Source: Leptospira sp.
Lineage (GTDB): Bacteria; Spirochaetota; Leptospiria; Leptospirales; Leptospiraceae
DNA: 22,181 nt
NCBI GenBank assembly: GCA_034439575.1
Contig: JAWXAQ010000031.1
Location: 1 to 22,181 of the forward strand
Reading direction: 5' to 3'
This document shows positions 8,165 through 16,358 of this stretch, one piece after another. Every line of letters begins with the position of its first letter. Position 1 is the first letter of the stretch. The translations under genes and the position numbers were made by a program. A model generated the notes under the pieces. The model was not told where the DNA came from and made no database searches. It was given only the letters and a program-made list of their open reading frames with translations.

Positions 8165-8901
8165 TCGTTGCTTTCCCCTAAGACTCGTTTGATGTTTTTC
8201 ATGATAATTTCTTGTTTTTCAGATTCCGATAGTTCGGCTCTGGTAGTTTTTGTACCATCTGGATTTGTGATTGTTTTGATTTGTATATTTGGTTCTCTTA
8301 ATTCTTTGGGATTTAATGTTCCTTGAAACTCAACCCGTAAATTGGCAACACTGTCGCTACTGATGTTTCGATTTTTGTCAAGATCACCTGGTGAAATGGT
8401 TCCAGAAAGACGCAAATTAATACGCTCTTCCCCGTATGTATACGTTTTGGTTCCTTCGAGTTCTAAGTTTCCTGATCCAGGATCAATGCCTACAACTAAC
8501 ACAGCCATAGTTCCTAAAATTTTTCCATTTGTTTTTGACTTACCAACTTTGGAACGCATATAGGTGCTGTTAGTATTGTAAGAAGGTAGATCGGAGATTA
8601 ATTTTTTGTCTGGAACCGTGCTAATATCATTATCAAATGTAGCTTTGTATTCCGAATCATACTCAACTTTTAAACCTGATTTTAAAACAACTTTAACAAC
8701 AGTACCAGCAGATACCATCTTTGGATATGAATAAGGATCCTTATCCCTCCAAAGGGATTCAGCGAATAAACCTTGTTGCTTATCATTCAAATTTTCTGTT
8801 TGAAAACTTTTGAAAAAATTGGGAAACAAACTAACAAGTAGTAGGAGTAATAAAAACGAAAATTTGATTCTAAAAAAATATCGTATGAGTCTCGTTTTCA
8901 T
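8161..8901 (-). CDS. flgH: Flagellar L-ring protein FlgH homolog
   Basis: SLW motif, GTVVKVVL and MAVLVVGIDPGSGNLELEGTKTYTYGEERINLRLSGTISPGDLDKNRNISSDSVANLRVEFQG resemble the FlgH core. It sits between flgA and flgI with ATGA overlaps on both sides. Confidence 0.85.
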   Translation of the reverse strand: MKTRLIRYFFRIKFSFLLLLLLVSLFPNFFKSFQTENLNDKQQGLFAESLWRDKDPYSYPKMVSAGTVVKVVLKSGLKVEYDSEYKATFDNDISTVPDKKLISDLPSYNTNSTYMRSKVGKSKTNGKILGTMAVLVVGIDPGSGNLELEGTKTYTYGEERINLRLSGTISPGDLDKNRNISSDSVANLRVEFQGTLNPKELREPNIQIKTITNPDGTKTTRAELSESEKQEIIMKNIKRVLGESNE

Positions 8902-9851
8902 AAATCCTCAAGTAAACAGATCCCGCTTGATTGGACCTTCCCTTTTAATTTTCGGTTCGAGGATAAATTTAATAAACTGATTTCATCACCTTCATTACCT
9001 GATTCAAGAGCTCTCGTACGCACTTTGACCATAATATTTCCATGAGTAAAAACAAGTCCCACTTCACTCCCTCTTTCGATCATATGAAGTCGGCGGGTTT
9101 GTTTTCTTTGAAGTGGAAATCCTTCCGGAATATCATTGAGGGCAGTTTTTCCAATGGGAGAATCCAAATCGTATTCAGTATGATTGTCAGATGTAAAAAA
9201 TTTACGTTTTTCCACATCGTATTCCTGGATGATTTCTTTGGTATCAATTTCGCGTTTGGTAAACCAGGCTTCTTTTTTTTCCTCAATCAAAAAACTAACA
9301 GGCGTAGAATAGATTAGTTTATCTTCAAAAAAGACATCCAATGGGAAAATTCGTTTGCCTGCATGTATGCTTTTTCCAAATTTACGCCAAGCAAAAGTTA
9401 CACCTGTTTCCGGTAAAAGGATTGGTTTACCTTCTTTATAAATTTTAAAATTCTCATGGTCTAATTGGATTTCTTTGATTAAAAAATTCAAAAGCGAATC
9501 TTCTATCGTTTTAGCTGACCATTCTTTTGTTAGGGGGACAATCAATGTCCCCGTTCCATTTATCTCCATTTCAGACAATGGATTACCAGAAGATGGATCC
9601 AAGTTTTTATCAGACAAACTACTCAGCCTAAGTTTCAAATCATCTGGGCTAAGAAAGATTGGCCCTTTCTGGCCTTTAATAAGTAACAAATCTTCTTTAT
9701 TTTTCCCATTGATGACATCACCAAGCATCACATCCGAACTGAGAAGTATCGCTTTCGGTTTCATGTAGAACGATTTCTGATTTCTATTTTGTTCTGAAAA
9801 AAGAGGTAATAGAACAATAACAAAAATCAGAAGGGAAAAGAAAGTTTTCAT
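8898..9851 (-). CDS. flgA: Flagellar basal-body P-ring formation chaperone FlgA
   Basis: Signal peptide. SAF-like region KREIDTKEIIQEYDV...IGKTALNDIPEG and C-terminal IERGSEVGLVFTHGNIMVKVRTRALESGNEGDEISLLNLSSNRKLKGKV. Gene order flgG-flgA-flgH-flgI. Confidence 0.92.
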   Translation of the reverse strand: MKTFFSLLIFVIVLLPLFSEQNRNQKSFYMKPKAILLSSDVMLGDVINGKNKEDLLLIKGQKGPIFLSPDDLKLRLSSLSDKNLDPSSGNPLSEMEINGTGTLIVPLTKEWSAKTIEDSLLNFLIKEIQLDHENFKIYKEGKPILLPETGVTFAWRKFGKSIHAGKRIFPLDVFFEDKLIYSTPVSFLIEEKKEAWFTKREIDTKEIIQEYDVEKRKFFTSDNHTEYDLDSPIGKTALNDIPEGFPLQRKQTRRLHMIERGSEVGLVFTHGNIMVKVRTRALESGNEGDEISLLNLSSNRKLKGKVQSSGICLLEDL

Positions 9852-9862
9852 AAATCTAATGA

Positions 9863-10660
9863 TTAACGTTTCAGACCAATGGCCGTTGAAAGCATGTTAT
9901 CTGAGGTTTGAATCGTTTTGGAATTAGATTCGTATGCTCTTTGTGCTACAATCATATTCACCATTTCTTCTACGATTTTGACATTACTCATTTCCAAAAA
10001 TCCTTGGAGCACACCACCGTAACCTTCTTGGCCTGGCATACCTGGAATCTCAGCACCCGATGCCACAGTTTCACGAAATAAGTTTTTACCCACCGCTTGC
10101 AATCCTGCTGGATTCACAAATCGGTAAAGTTCAATTTGGCCGATCGTCGTTGGGCGTATGTCATTGCCGATTTTGACTGTGACTTCGCCTTCTTCAGCGA
10201 TAGACAAGGTATTTAAAATGGCATTTTCAGGTAAAATGATAGGTGGCTCAAGCAAATAACCGTTAGATGTTACGACTTGTTGGTTGGAATCAATTTTGAA
10301 GGATCCATCACGGCTATAGGAAAATGTGCCGTCGGGCATTTGGATTTTAAAAAATCCCATCTCGCCTGTGAGCGCTAAATCCAATTTGTTTCCTGTGGCC
10401 TGAAAGCTTCCGATTTCGAATAACTTTTGTGTGGCGGCAGTCTTTACACCATGACCCACATTCACGCCCGTAGGAATTTCAGAAACAGAAGATGCAGGAG
10501 TCCCCGCAAGAACTTGGTGTTGGTAAACTAAATCTTCAAAATCAACACGATTCTTTTTAAAGCCAGTCGTGTTCACATTCGCAAGGTTATTCGCAACTGT
10601 ATCGATGTGAAACTGTTGTGCAATCATTCCGGTTGCGCCAGTCCAAAGTGACCTCATCAT
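9863..10660 (-). CDS. flgG: Flagellar basal-body distal rod protein FlgG
   Basis: MMRSLWTGATGMIAQQFHIDTVANNLANVNTTGFKKNRVDFEDLVYQ, IPTGVNVGHGV, YSRDGSFKID and QGFLEMSNVKIVEEMVNMIVAQRAYESNSK. Start at ATG 10660 with a GAGGT RBS. Confidence 0.97.
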   Translation of the reverse strand: MMRSLWTGATGMIAQQFHIDTVANNLANVNTTGFKKNRVDFEDLVYQHQVLAGTPASSVSEIPTGVNVGHGVKTAATQKLFEIGSFQATGNKLDLALTGEMGFFKIQMPDGTFSYSRDGSFKIDSNQQVVTSNGYLLEPPIILPENAILNTLSIAEEGEVTVKIGNDIRPTTIGQIELYRFVNPAGLQAVGKNLFRETVASGAEIPGMPGQEGYGGVLQGFLEMSNVKIVEEMVNMIVAQRAYESNSKTIQTSDNMLSTAIGLKR

Positions 10661-10682
10661 AAAAAAGCACCTCTTTCGAAAC

Positions 10683-10710
10683 CTATCGGTCAAAAAGGAA
10701 AAAAAGGTTA
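10683..10710 (-). promoter_or_regulatory. Weak candidate sigma28 (FliA)-type promoter upstream of flgG
   Basis: TAAC-N16-ACCGATAG versus consensus TAAA-N15-GCCGATAA. Both boxes have mismatches and the spacer is 1 nt long. Confidence 0.3.
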
Positions 10711-10734
10711 TTGTCTTTTTTTTGGATTTATGTC

Positions 10735-11172
10735 TTATTTTCCCGTGCTTCCAAAACCACCCTCACCTCGAGAGGTTGGCGGAAGGGAGTCCGCTTGGTT
10801 GAAATGAACCACTTCATACCGTTTAATCAAAATCTGGGCAATTCGGGTCTCTGGCTCTAGAACGAAGTCATCCACACCTAAATTCAATAGAGGCACAAGA
10901 ATCTCTCCCCTGTAATCAGAATCGATGGTTCCTGGGGCATTGGGCATAATGATGCGATTTTTCGTGGAAAAACCAGACCTTGGTCGGACTTGCCCTTCAA
11001 AACCTTGGGGAATGGCTAGTGCAAGTCCCGTTGGCACGAAGGTAACTTCCCCTTTTTTCAATAGGAGATTATCCGTAAGGCAGGCGGACAGATCGTAAGC
11101 CGCGGCACCGTCTGTTTTGCGTTCCGGAGGCTTTGCCCCTGGCCTTAAGATTTGAAAACTGACCTGGATCAT
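10735..11172 (-). CDS. dut: dUTP diphosphatase (trimeric dUTPase)
   Basis: All five motifs are present: AAAYDL, QVRPRSG, GTIDSDYRGEI, RIAQI and RGEGGFGSTG. Start at ATG 11172, an ATGA overlap with the upstream stop. Confidence 0.97.
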   Translation of the reverse strand: MIQVSFQILRPGAKPPERKTDGAAAYDLSACLTDNLLLKKGEVTFVPTGLALAIPQGFEGQVRPRSGFSTKNRIIMPNAPGTIDSDYRGEILVPLLNLGVDDFVLEPETRIAQILIKRYEVVHFNQADSLPPTSRGEGGFGSTGK

Positions 11173-12446
11173 AATTTGGTCGGGATCTTTTGGAATTCCG
11201 TTTCTTTCATATCCCCAATACAAGAGAGGTGCAATTGTTTTATGGAAAATATTTTTTTTGCCATATCATTTAACTCATTCAAGGTGACCGATTTCAATGC
11301 CTTCATTCGATCTTGCAATGGATAGTATTTCCCAAAATAAATTTCTTGAAGACCGATATTGTTCATACGATTTTCAGGAAGTTCATAGCCGATTGCCATC
11401 CCACCTAACTGGTTGGTCTTGGCATCTTCCAATTCTTTGGCACTAAATCCATTTTTTAGAATTTCGCGGATTTCTTCGAGAATGAGTGAGATACAACGAT
11501 TTGCTTTTTCTTTTGATGTCGCACAGGAAATGGAAAAAAGTCCAGTTGTGCGGTAAAAGGAAGGAAAACAATAAATTGAATAACAAAGCCCTTCTTTCTC
11601 TCTGATATTTTGAAAGAGCCTAGATGCCATACCGCCACCGAGGATAGTTGAGAGTAATTGGATTATCGTCACTGAACGAAAGTCACGTGGCACACCACTT
11701 GCACCAAGCATCACATTAAACTGTTCTATTTTACGTTTTTCCAAATGCCGCGTAAAACTTTTATTTGGCGCAGGTATCACTACGGGAGAACTAACCTTGC
11801 CCACAGGATTTTTAAACGGAAAATACTTCTCAGCTAATTTAATTACATCTTTCCATTTTAAATTGCCAGATACAGACAAAACCATATTGGCAGGGAAATA
11901 ATGTTTTTCGTAAAAATTGCGAATGGATTTGCGAGTGATTTTATTGATCGAAGCCTTAGTCCCGATGATATCACGGCCGTAAGGTGATTTTTTGAAAATA
12001 TTACGAAAATAAAAATCATACACAAAATCATCAGGAGCATCCTCATAAGAACGCATCTCTTCAATGACCACATTTTGTTCCGTTTTGATATCTTCTTCCC
12101 GAAATTTTGGCCGGTAAACCATATCGGAAAGAATGTCAAACGCAAGTTCCGCCTTATCATTGATAGCCACTACATAGTATTGCGTATATTCTCTGCTAGT
12201 TGATCCGTTTAAAATTCCGCCAACTCTTTCAATCTCAGATGCCATCTCTTTTGAGGTACGAGTTTCGGAATCCTTAAAGAGCATATGCTCTAAAAAATGA
12301 AAGTAACCAAGTTCGGTATTTGTTTCAGCGAGAGAACCTTCTTTCAGAAATAAACCCACGGCCATAGAAGCCGCGTGTTTCATAGGTTGGAAAAGGATGG
12401 TTAGTCCATTGGAGAGTACGATGCGTTTGAATTCATCAGATGCCAA
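11169..12446 (-). CDS. M16 family zinc metallopeptidase (pitrilysin/YmxG-like)
   Basis: Inverted zinc motif HFLEHMLFK, NGSTSREYTQYY, VVIEE and ILGGGMASRLFQNIREKEGLCYSI. TTG start with a GGAGGT RBS. Usual position downstream of pnp. Confidence 0.95.
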   Translation of the reverse strand: MASDEFKRIVLSNGLTILFQPMKHAASMAVGLFLKEGSLAETNTELGYFHFLEHMLFKDSETRTSKEMASEIERVGGILNGSTSREYTQYYVVAINDKAELAFDILSDMVYRPKFREEDIKTEQNVVIEEMRSYEDAPDDFVYDFYFRNIFKKSPYGRDIIGTKASINKITRKSIRNFYEKHYFPANMVLSVSGNLKWKDVIKLAEKYFPFKNPVGKVSSPVVIPAPNKSFTRHLEKRKIEQFNVMLGASGVPRDFRSVTIIQLLSTILGGGMASRLFQNIREKEGLCYSIYCFPSFYRTTGLFSISCATSKEKANRCISLILEEIREILKNGFSAKELEDAKTNQLGGMAIGYELPENRMNNIGLQEIYFGKYYPLQDRMKALKSVTLNELNDMAKKIFSIKQLHLSCIGDMKETEFQKIPTKL

Positions 12447-12460
12447 ATCGAATCTACCTC

Positions 12461-12481
12461 CCCTCCGATGAATTCGGAGGG
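12461..12481 (-). promoter_or_regulatory. GC-rich stem-loop between pnp and the M16 peptidase gene
   Basis: CCCTCCGA-ATTCA-TCGGAGGG on the minus strand forms a perfect 8-bp stem with a 5-nt loop. No U-tract follows, so it is not a classic intrinsic terminator. Confidence 0.6.
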
Positions 12482-12488
12482 TCTACAA

Positions 12489-14579
12489 TTATTCGCCGAG
12501 AAGAACGTCTTTTCTAGAAAGATCGATTTTTCCCATTTTATCTACAGAAATTACTTTGACTTGGATTTTTTGACCTTCGGTCACCACATCTCTTACAGAT
12601 TGAACGCGTTTCACGTCCAATTTTGATATGTGGCAAAGGCCTTCTTTTCCAGGAAGGATCTCAACAAAGGCACCAAAATCAGCAATGCGTTTGATGACAC
12701 CATCATAGACGCGGCCAATTTCAATCTCTTCAAAGATTCCATCGATCATGGCAATGGCCTTCTCTTTGGACTCTTCGCTTGGTGATGCAATCGTAACTTT
12801 TCCAGTATCATCCACAGATATTTCAGATCCAGATTGTTCTGTGATCGCTCGTATCATTTTACCACCAGGACCAATGAGTTCTCCAATGCGATCTTTCGGG
12901 ATTTGTTTTTGAGTGATGCGCGGTGCGTTTGTAGAAAGATTTCCTTTCACAGCAGAAATCGCCTTATTCATCTCACCTAAAATATGATCACGACCAACTT
13001 GAGCTTGTTCAATGGCTTTTTGTAAAACTTCAAGCCCAAGACCGTTGACTTTTAAATCCATTTGAAAGGCAGTGATTCCTTTTTTGGTTCCTGCCAATTT
13101 GAAGTCCATATCACCGAAGTGATCTTCAATCCCTGCAATGTCGGAAAGAACGGCAAAACGACCTTTGTCATCGCTAAATAGTCCCATAGCAATCCCAGAT
13201 ACAGGCGCCTTGATCGGAACCCCACCAGCCATAAGAGCCAGAGTGCCAGAACAAACAGAAGCCATGGAAGATGATCCATTCGATTCTAAAATCTCAGATA
13301 CAATACGAATCACATAAGGAAATTCAGTTTGCGTAGGAAGGACTTTTTTAATCGCTCTTTCTGCTAAGTTTCCATGCCCAATCTCACGACGGCCTGGACC
13401 TGAATTTCTTCTCACCTCACCCACAGAAAATGCAGGAAAGTTATAATGGAGCATAAAGTTCTTTTCTTTTTGACCTTCAAGGGTCTCATAACGCTGGTTA
13501 TCCGAAGTAGTTCCAAGAGTGACTACTCCTAAACTCTGCGTTTGGCCCCTTGTGAATACTGCGGATCCGTGTGGGCCAGGAAGAACATCAATCTCACAAG
13601 ATATTTGACGAATTTCATCCGTTTTACGACCGTCAAAACGAATTCCCTCACCAAGCACGAGTTCGCGGACGACTTCGTATTCTAATTCATGGAGATAGTG
13701 TTTGATATCTTTTGTTTTATCTAAAGGTGCAAGCTGTTCTTTGAAATGAGCGACTGTCTCACTATTGATAGCTTTTATGTCTTCGTTACGTTTTGCTTTG
13801 TCTGCATTTTTATTCGCTGCAGTCAATCTGTCAAAAGCAAAGGCACGAATCTTAGCATGTAAATCTAGGTCTGGAGCTTTTAGAACGACCTGTTTTTTGG
13901 GCATCCCGTGTTTTTTAGCAAGTTCTTCTTGCATTTCCACAGCAACCTTTAAAGCACCTTGTGCAAATCGAAGCGCATCCATCATATCATCTTTTGATAT
14001 CTCTGCAGCTTCTCCTTCGATCATTACGATGGCATCTTTAGTTCCAGCGACTATCAAATCCAGATCAGAACGAGTCATCTCTTCATTTGTAGGATTGAGA
14101 ATGAATTCAGTGCCGATACGTCCAATGCGTGCACCAGCAATTGGGCCTGCAAAAGGAATATTTGAAACAGCAAGTGCCGCAGAAGCCGCACTAATCGCAT
14201 GACCTGCAACTGATACTTGTTTGTCGGCAGACAATACTTGTACCATAAGTTGAACTTCCGAAAAATAACCTTCCGGAAACATAGGTCGAATCGGTCTGTC
14301 GATAATGCGTGATAGAAGTATTTCGTGTTCGGGAGGTTTTGCTTCGCGTTTAAAGTATCCACCAGGGAAACGTCCCACGGAATACATTTTTTCTGAATAT
14401 TCGCAAGTTAGGGGAAAAAAATCTTGTCCCTCTTTTGGTTCATCAGCGGCACAAACAGTTGCTAGGAGAACAAGGTTCCCCGTCTTATAGACAACAGAAC
14501 CGTGGGCTTGTTTCGCCCACTTGCCTGTTTCGATGGTGATAGAATCTCTACCCCAAGAACCAGTAAACTCTGTAGCCAT
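12489..14579 (-). CDS. pnp: Polyribonucleotide nucleotidyltransferase (PNPase)
   Basis: Two RNase PH domains ([52 protein letters not shown]), a KH domain (IGPGGKMIR) and an S1 domain ([18 protein letters not shown]). Confidence 0.99.
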   Translation of the reverse strand: MATEFTGSWGRDSITIETGKWAKQAHGSVVYKTGNLVLLATVCAADEPKEGQDFFPLTCEYSEKMYSVGRFPGGYFKREAKPPEHEILLSRIIDRPIRPMFPEGYFSEVQLMVQVLSADKQVSVAGHAISAASAALAVSNIPFAGPIAGARIGRIGTEFILNPTNEEMTRSDLDLIVAGTKDAIVMIEGEAAEISKDDMMDALRFAQGALKVAVEMQEELAKKHGMPKKQVVLKAPDLDLHAKIRAFAFDRLTAANKNADKAKRNEDIKAINSETVAHFKEQLAPLDKTKDIKHYLHELEYEVVRELVLGEGIRFDGRKTDEIRQISCEIDVLPGPHGSAVFTRGQTQSLGVVTLGTTSDNQRYETLEGQKEKNFMLHYNFPAFSVGEVRRNSGPGRREIGHGNLAERAIKKVLPTQTEFPYVIRIVSEILESNGSSSMASVCSGTLALMAGGVPIKAPVSGIAMGLFSDDKGRFAVLSDIAGIEDHFGDMDFKLAGTKKGITAFQMDLKVNGLGLEVLQKAIEQAQVGRDHILGEMNKAISAVKGNLSTNAPRITQKQIPKDRIGELIGPGGKMIRAITEQSGSEISVDDTGKVTIASPSEESKEKAIAMIDGIFEEIEIGRVYDGVIKRIADFGAFVEILPGKEGLCHISKLDVKRVQSVRDVVTEGQKIQVKVISVDKMGKIDLSRKDVLLGE

Positions 14580-14584
14580 AGGCC

Positions 14585-14851
14585 TTATTTCCTAAGACCG
14601 AGTTTTTCTATTAGCTTTCTGTAACTATCGATATTGCTGCGTTTGAGGTATTCAAGCATGCTCTTTCTTTGATTTACAAGAGCAATCAATCCACGTCTTG
14701 AGTGGAAATCTTTCTTATTTACTTTAAAATGTTCAGTAAGATCCTTAATGCGAGAATCAAGGATAGCAATTTGTACTTCTGCAGATCCAGTATCATTTGG
14801 CTTGCTACCGTAAGTAGCAACGATCTGCTGTTTTTGTTCTTTTGTGACCAT
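14585..14851 (-). CDS. rpsO: 30S ribosomal protein S15
   Basis: [11 protein letters not shown]...[13 protein letters not shown]...[18 protein letters not shown]...LIEKLGLRK, 88 aa from ATG 14851. Confidence 0.99.
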   Translation of the reverse strand: MVTKEQKQQIVATYGSKPNDTGSAEVQIAILDSRIKDLTEHFKVNKKDFHSRRGLIALVNQRKSMLEYLKRSNIDSYRKLIEKLGLRK

Positions 14852-14855
14852 ATTT

Positions 14856-14873
14856 CTTCCAAAATCCTGGAAG
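14856..14873 (-). promoter_or_regulatory. Hairpin over the rpsO ribosome-binding region
   Basis: The mRNA reads CUUCCAGGAUUUUGGAAG: CUUCCA pairs with UGGAAG, extendable by G-U. It ends 4 nt before the rpsO AUG. Confidence 0.5.
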
Positions 14874-14876
14874 CCT

Positions 14877-15824
14877 TCAATTAGAAAACATAATTTTTTG
14901 GGTAGGATTAAAAAATACTTTGCCGTAGCGGTAGGGCAAATGTTCGCGCTTCCCATCATACAAACACCAAGCTACTATGGAATCATCTTCCTTGCAAGTC
15001 AGGTAAAATCCCCTCTCTGTGGCTTTAGGGAGTTTGTCCCAAACATACCCACCGTGGATGATTGCTTTTTTTTCCTCTGCATCAAGTGGGCGCGAAGGAA
15101 GGACCAAGACTTCTTGCCAGGTTTTAGCATCGACAAGTTCAATCTCCTGATAGGTTTTTGCCATTGCCAATTGCCAACATCCTATGGATTCCCGAACCAA
15201 ACGAAAAAGTAACAAAGGGATGCCCCATTTTTCAGATAAATCTAAAATGATCTTACGAATGTAGGTGCCTGAACTGACGTGTATTCGGAAAGAAAAACCA
15301 AGTTCTGTTCTTTGGATGTCCCAAACTTTCTCTATGCGTATGGGTCGCACCTTTTCTTCCACAATCTTTCCACTACGAACATGGTCGGACTGTCTTTTGC
15401 CATTCACTTTGAGTGCAGAAATCTTTGGCGCGTTTTGGGATTTCCAATCTTTGATGCCTTGGATCTCTGAGGTTAAAAATGTTTTTAGATTTGAAATCTT
15501 AGAAAGTGCATCGGTCAATTCTTCGGCTGACCACTCTTCCTCAATAATCCCGTCTACATCTCCGCTATCTGTGCGTTTTCCGAAATGAACTTCCGCATAA
15601 TAGGTTTTATCTTCCCCGAGAAATAATTGGGAAAAGGATGTATAATTTCCGAAAGGTAAAATTAACAGACCTTCGGCGAAGCGATCAAGTGTGCCTGTAT
15701 GACCAATGGAATCCAGATGGAATTTTTTTTTAAGGCGAATCACAACATCGGATGATGTGAGTCCTGGGGTTTTGTGAACAAATAAATAACCAGAAGGTTG
15801 TGATTTCGAGTCGCGCTCTTCCAT
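14877..15824 (-). CDS. truB: tRNA pseudouridine(55) synthase TruB
   Basis: [19 protein letters not shown] (catalytic Asp), [24 protein letters not shown] and VSSGTYIR. Located after rbfA. Confidence 0.95.
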   Translation of the reverse strand: MEERDSKSQPSGYLFVHKTPGLTSSDVVIRLKKKFHLDSIGHTGTLDRFAEGLLILPFGNYTSFSQLFLGEDKTYYAEVHFGKRTDSGDVDGIIEEEWSAEELTDALSKISNLKTFLTSEIQGIKDWKSQNAPKISALKVNGKRQSDHVRSGKIVEEKVRPIRIEKVWDIQRTELGFSFRIHVSSGTYIRKIILDLSEKWGIPLLLFRLVRESIGCWQLAMAKTYQEIELVDAKTWQEVLVLPSRPLDAEEKKAIIHGGYVWDKLPKATERGFYLTCKEDDSIVAWCLYDGKREHLPYRYGKVFFNPTQKIMFSN

Positions 15825-15879
15825 CGATGTTAAGATGATTTTTGATTCTCTGTTTTTATATCCATTCTATAAAGCCACA

Positions 15880-16347
15880 TTAATCATCATTAGATGGATC
15901 GGTTTTCGTTTCTGGACTTGATTCCATTAATTCAGTTCCTTCTTGCGAATGAATTTCTTCCTTATCTTCCAACTTCTGACTATGCAATTCTTCATACAAA
16001 GTTTTCGGTTTTGATTCATCTATCAATCGATTCACTTCGAGGGATTTGATGTAACTATTGTCCCAAGCAAAGAAAAAACGCGGGTTCGTATGTAAGTGCA
16101 ATTGTTTTCCCACGAGCGAAGATAAAAAACCAGCGGATGAAGCAAGGCCTGCTGTTAATTTTTTACGTTCGTTGTTATTGCAAAGTGCCGTGAAATAAAT
16201 ATCTGCTTTTTTTAGATCATCAGTGATTTCAATTCTATGGAAGGAAGGTAAAAAGACCCGAGGGTCTTTCACTTTGCCTTCCAGAATCGCCATAGATAGA
16301 ATGCGAAGTATCTCCGCTTCGAGCTTTTTTTTTCGAATCGGATTCAT
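15880..16347 (-). CDS. rbfA: Ribosome-binding factor A
   Basis: VKDPRV, IEITDDLKKADIYF and SAGFLSSLVGKQLHLHTNPRFFFAWDNS. Located after infB. Confidence 0.95.
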   Translation of the reverse strand: MNPIRKKKLEAEILRILSMAILEGKVKDPRVFLPSFHRIEITDDLKKADIYFTALCNNNERKKLTAGLASSAGFLSSLVGKQLHLHTNPRFFFAWDNSYIKSLEVNRLIDESKPKTLYEELHSQKLEDKEEIHSQEGTELMESSPETKTDPSNDD

Positions 16348-16358
16348 ACTGTTAGTTC

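Noticed and set aside
15720..16335. A/T homopolymer runs in truB and rbfA as phase-variation or frameshift sites
   Set aside because: They encode Lys runs in intact housekeeping frames, and such runs are common in AT-rich genomes.
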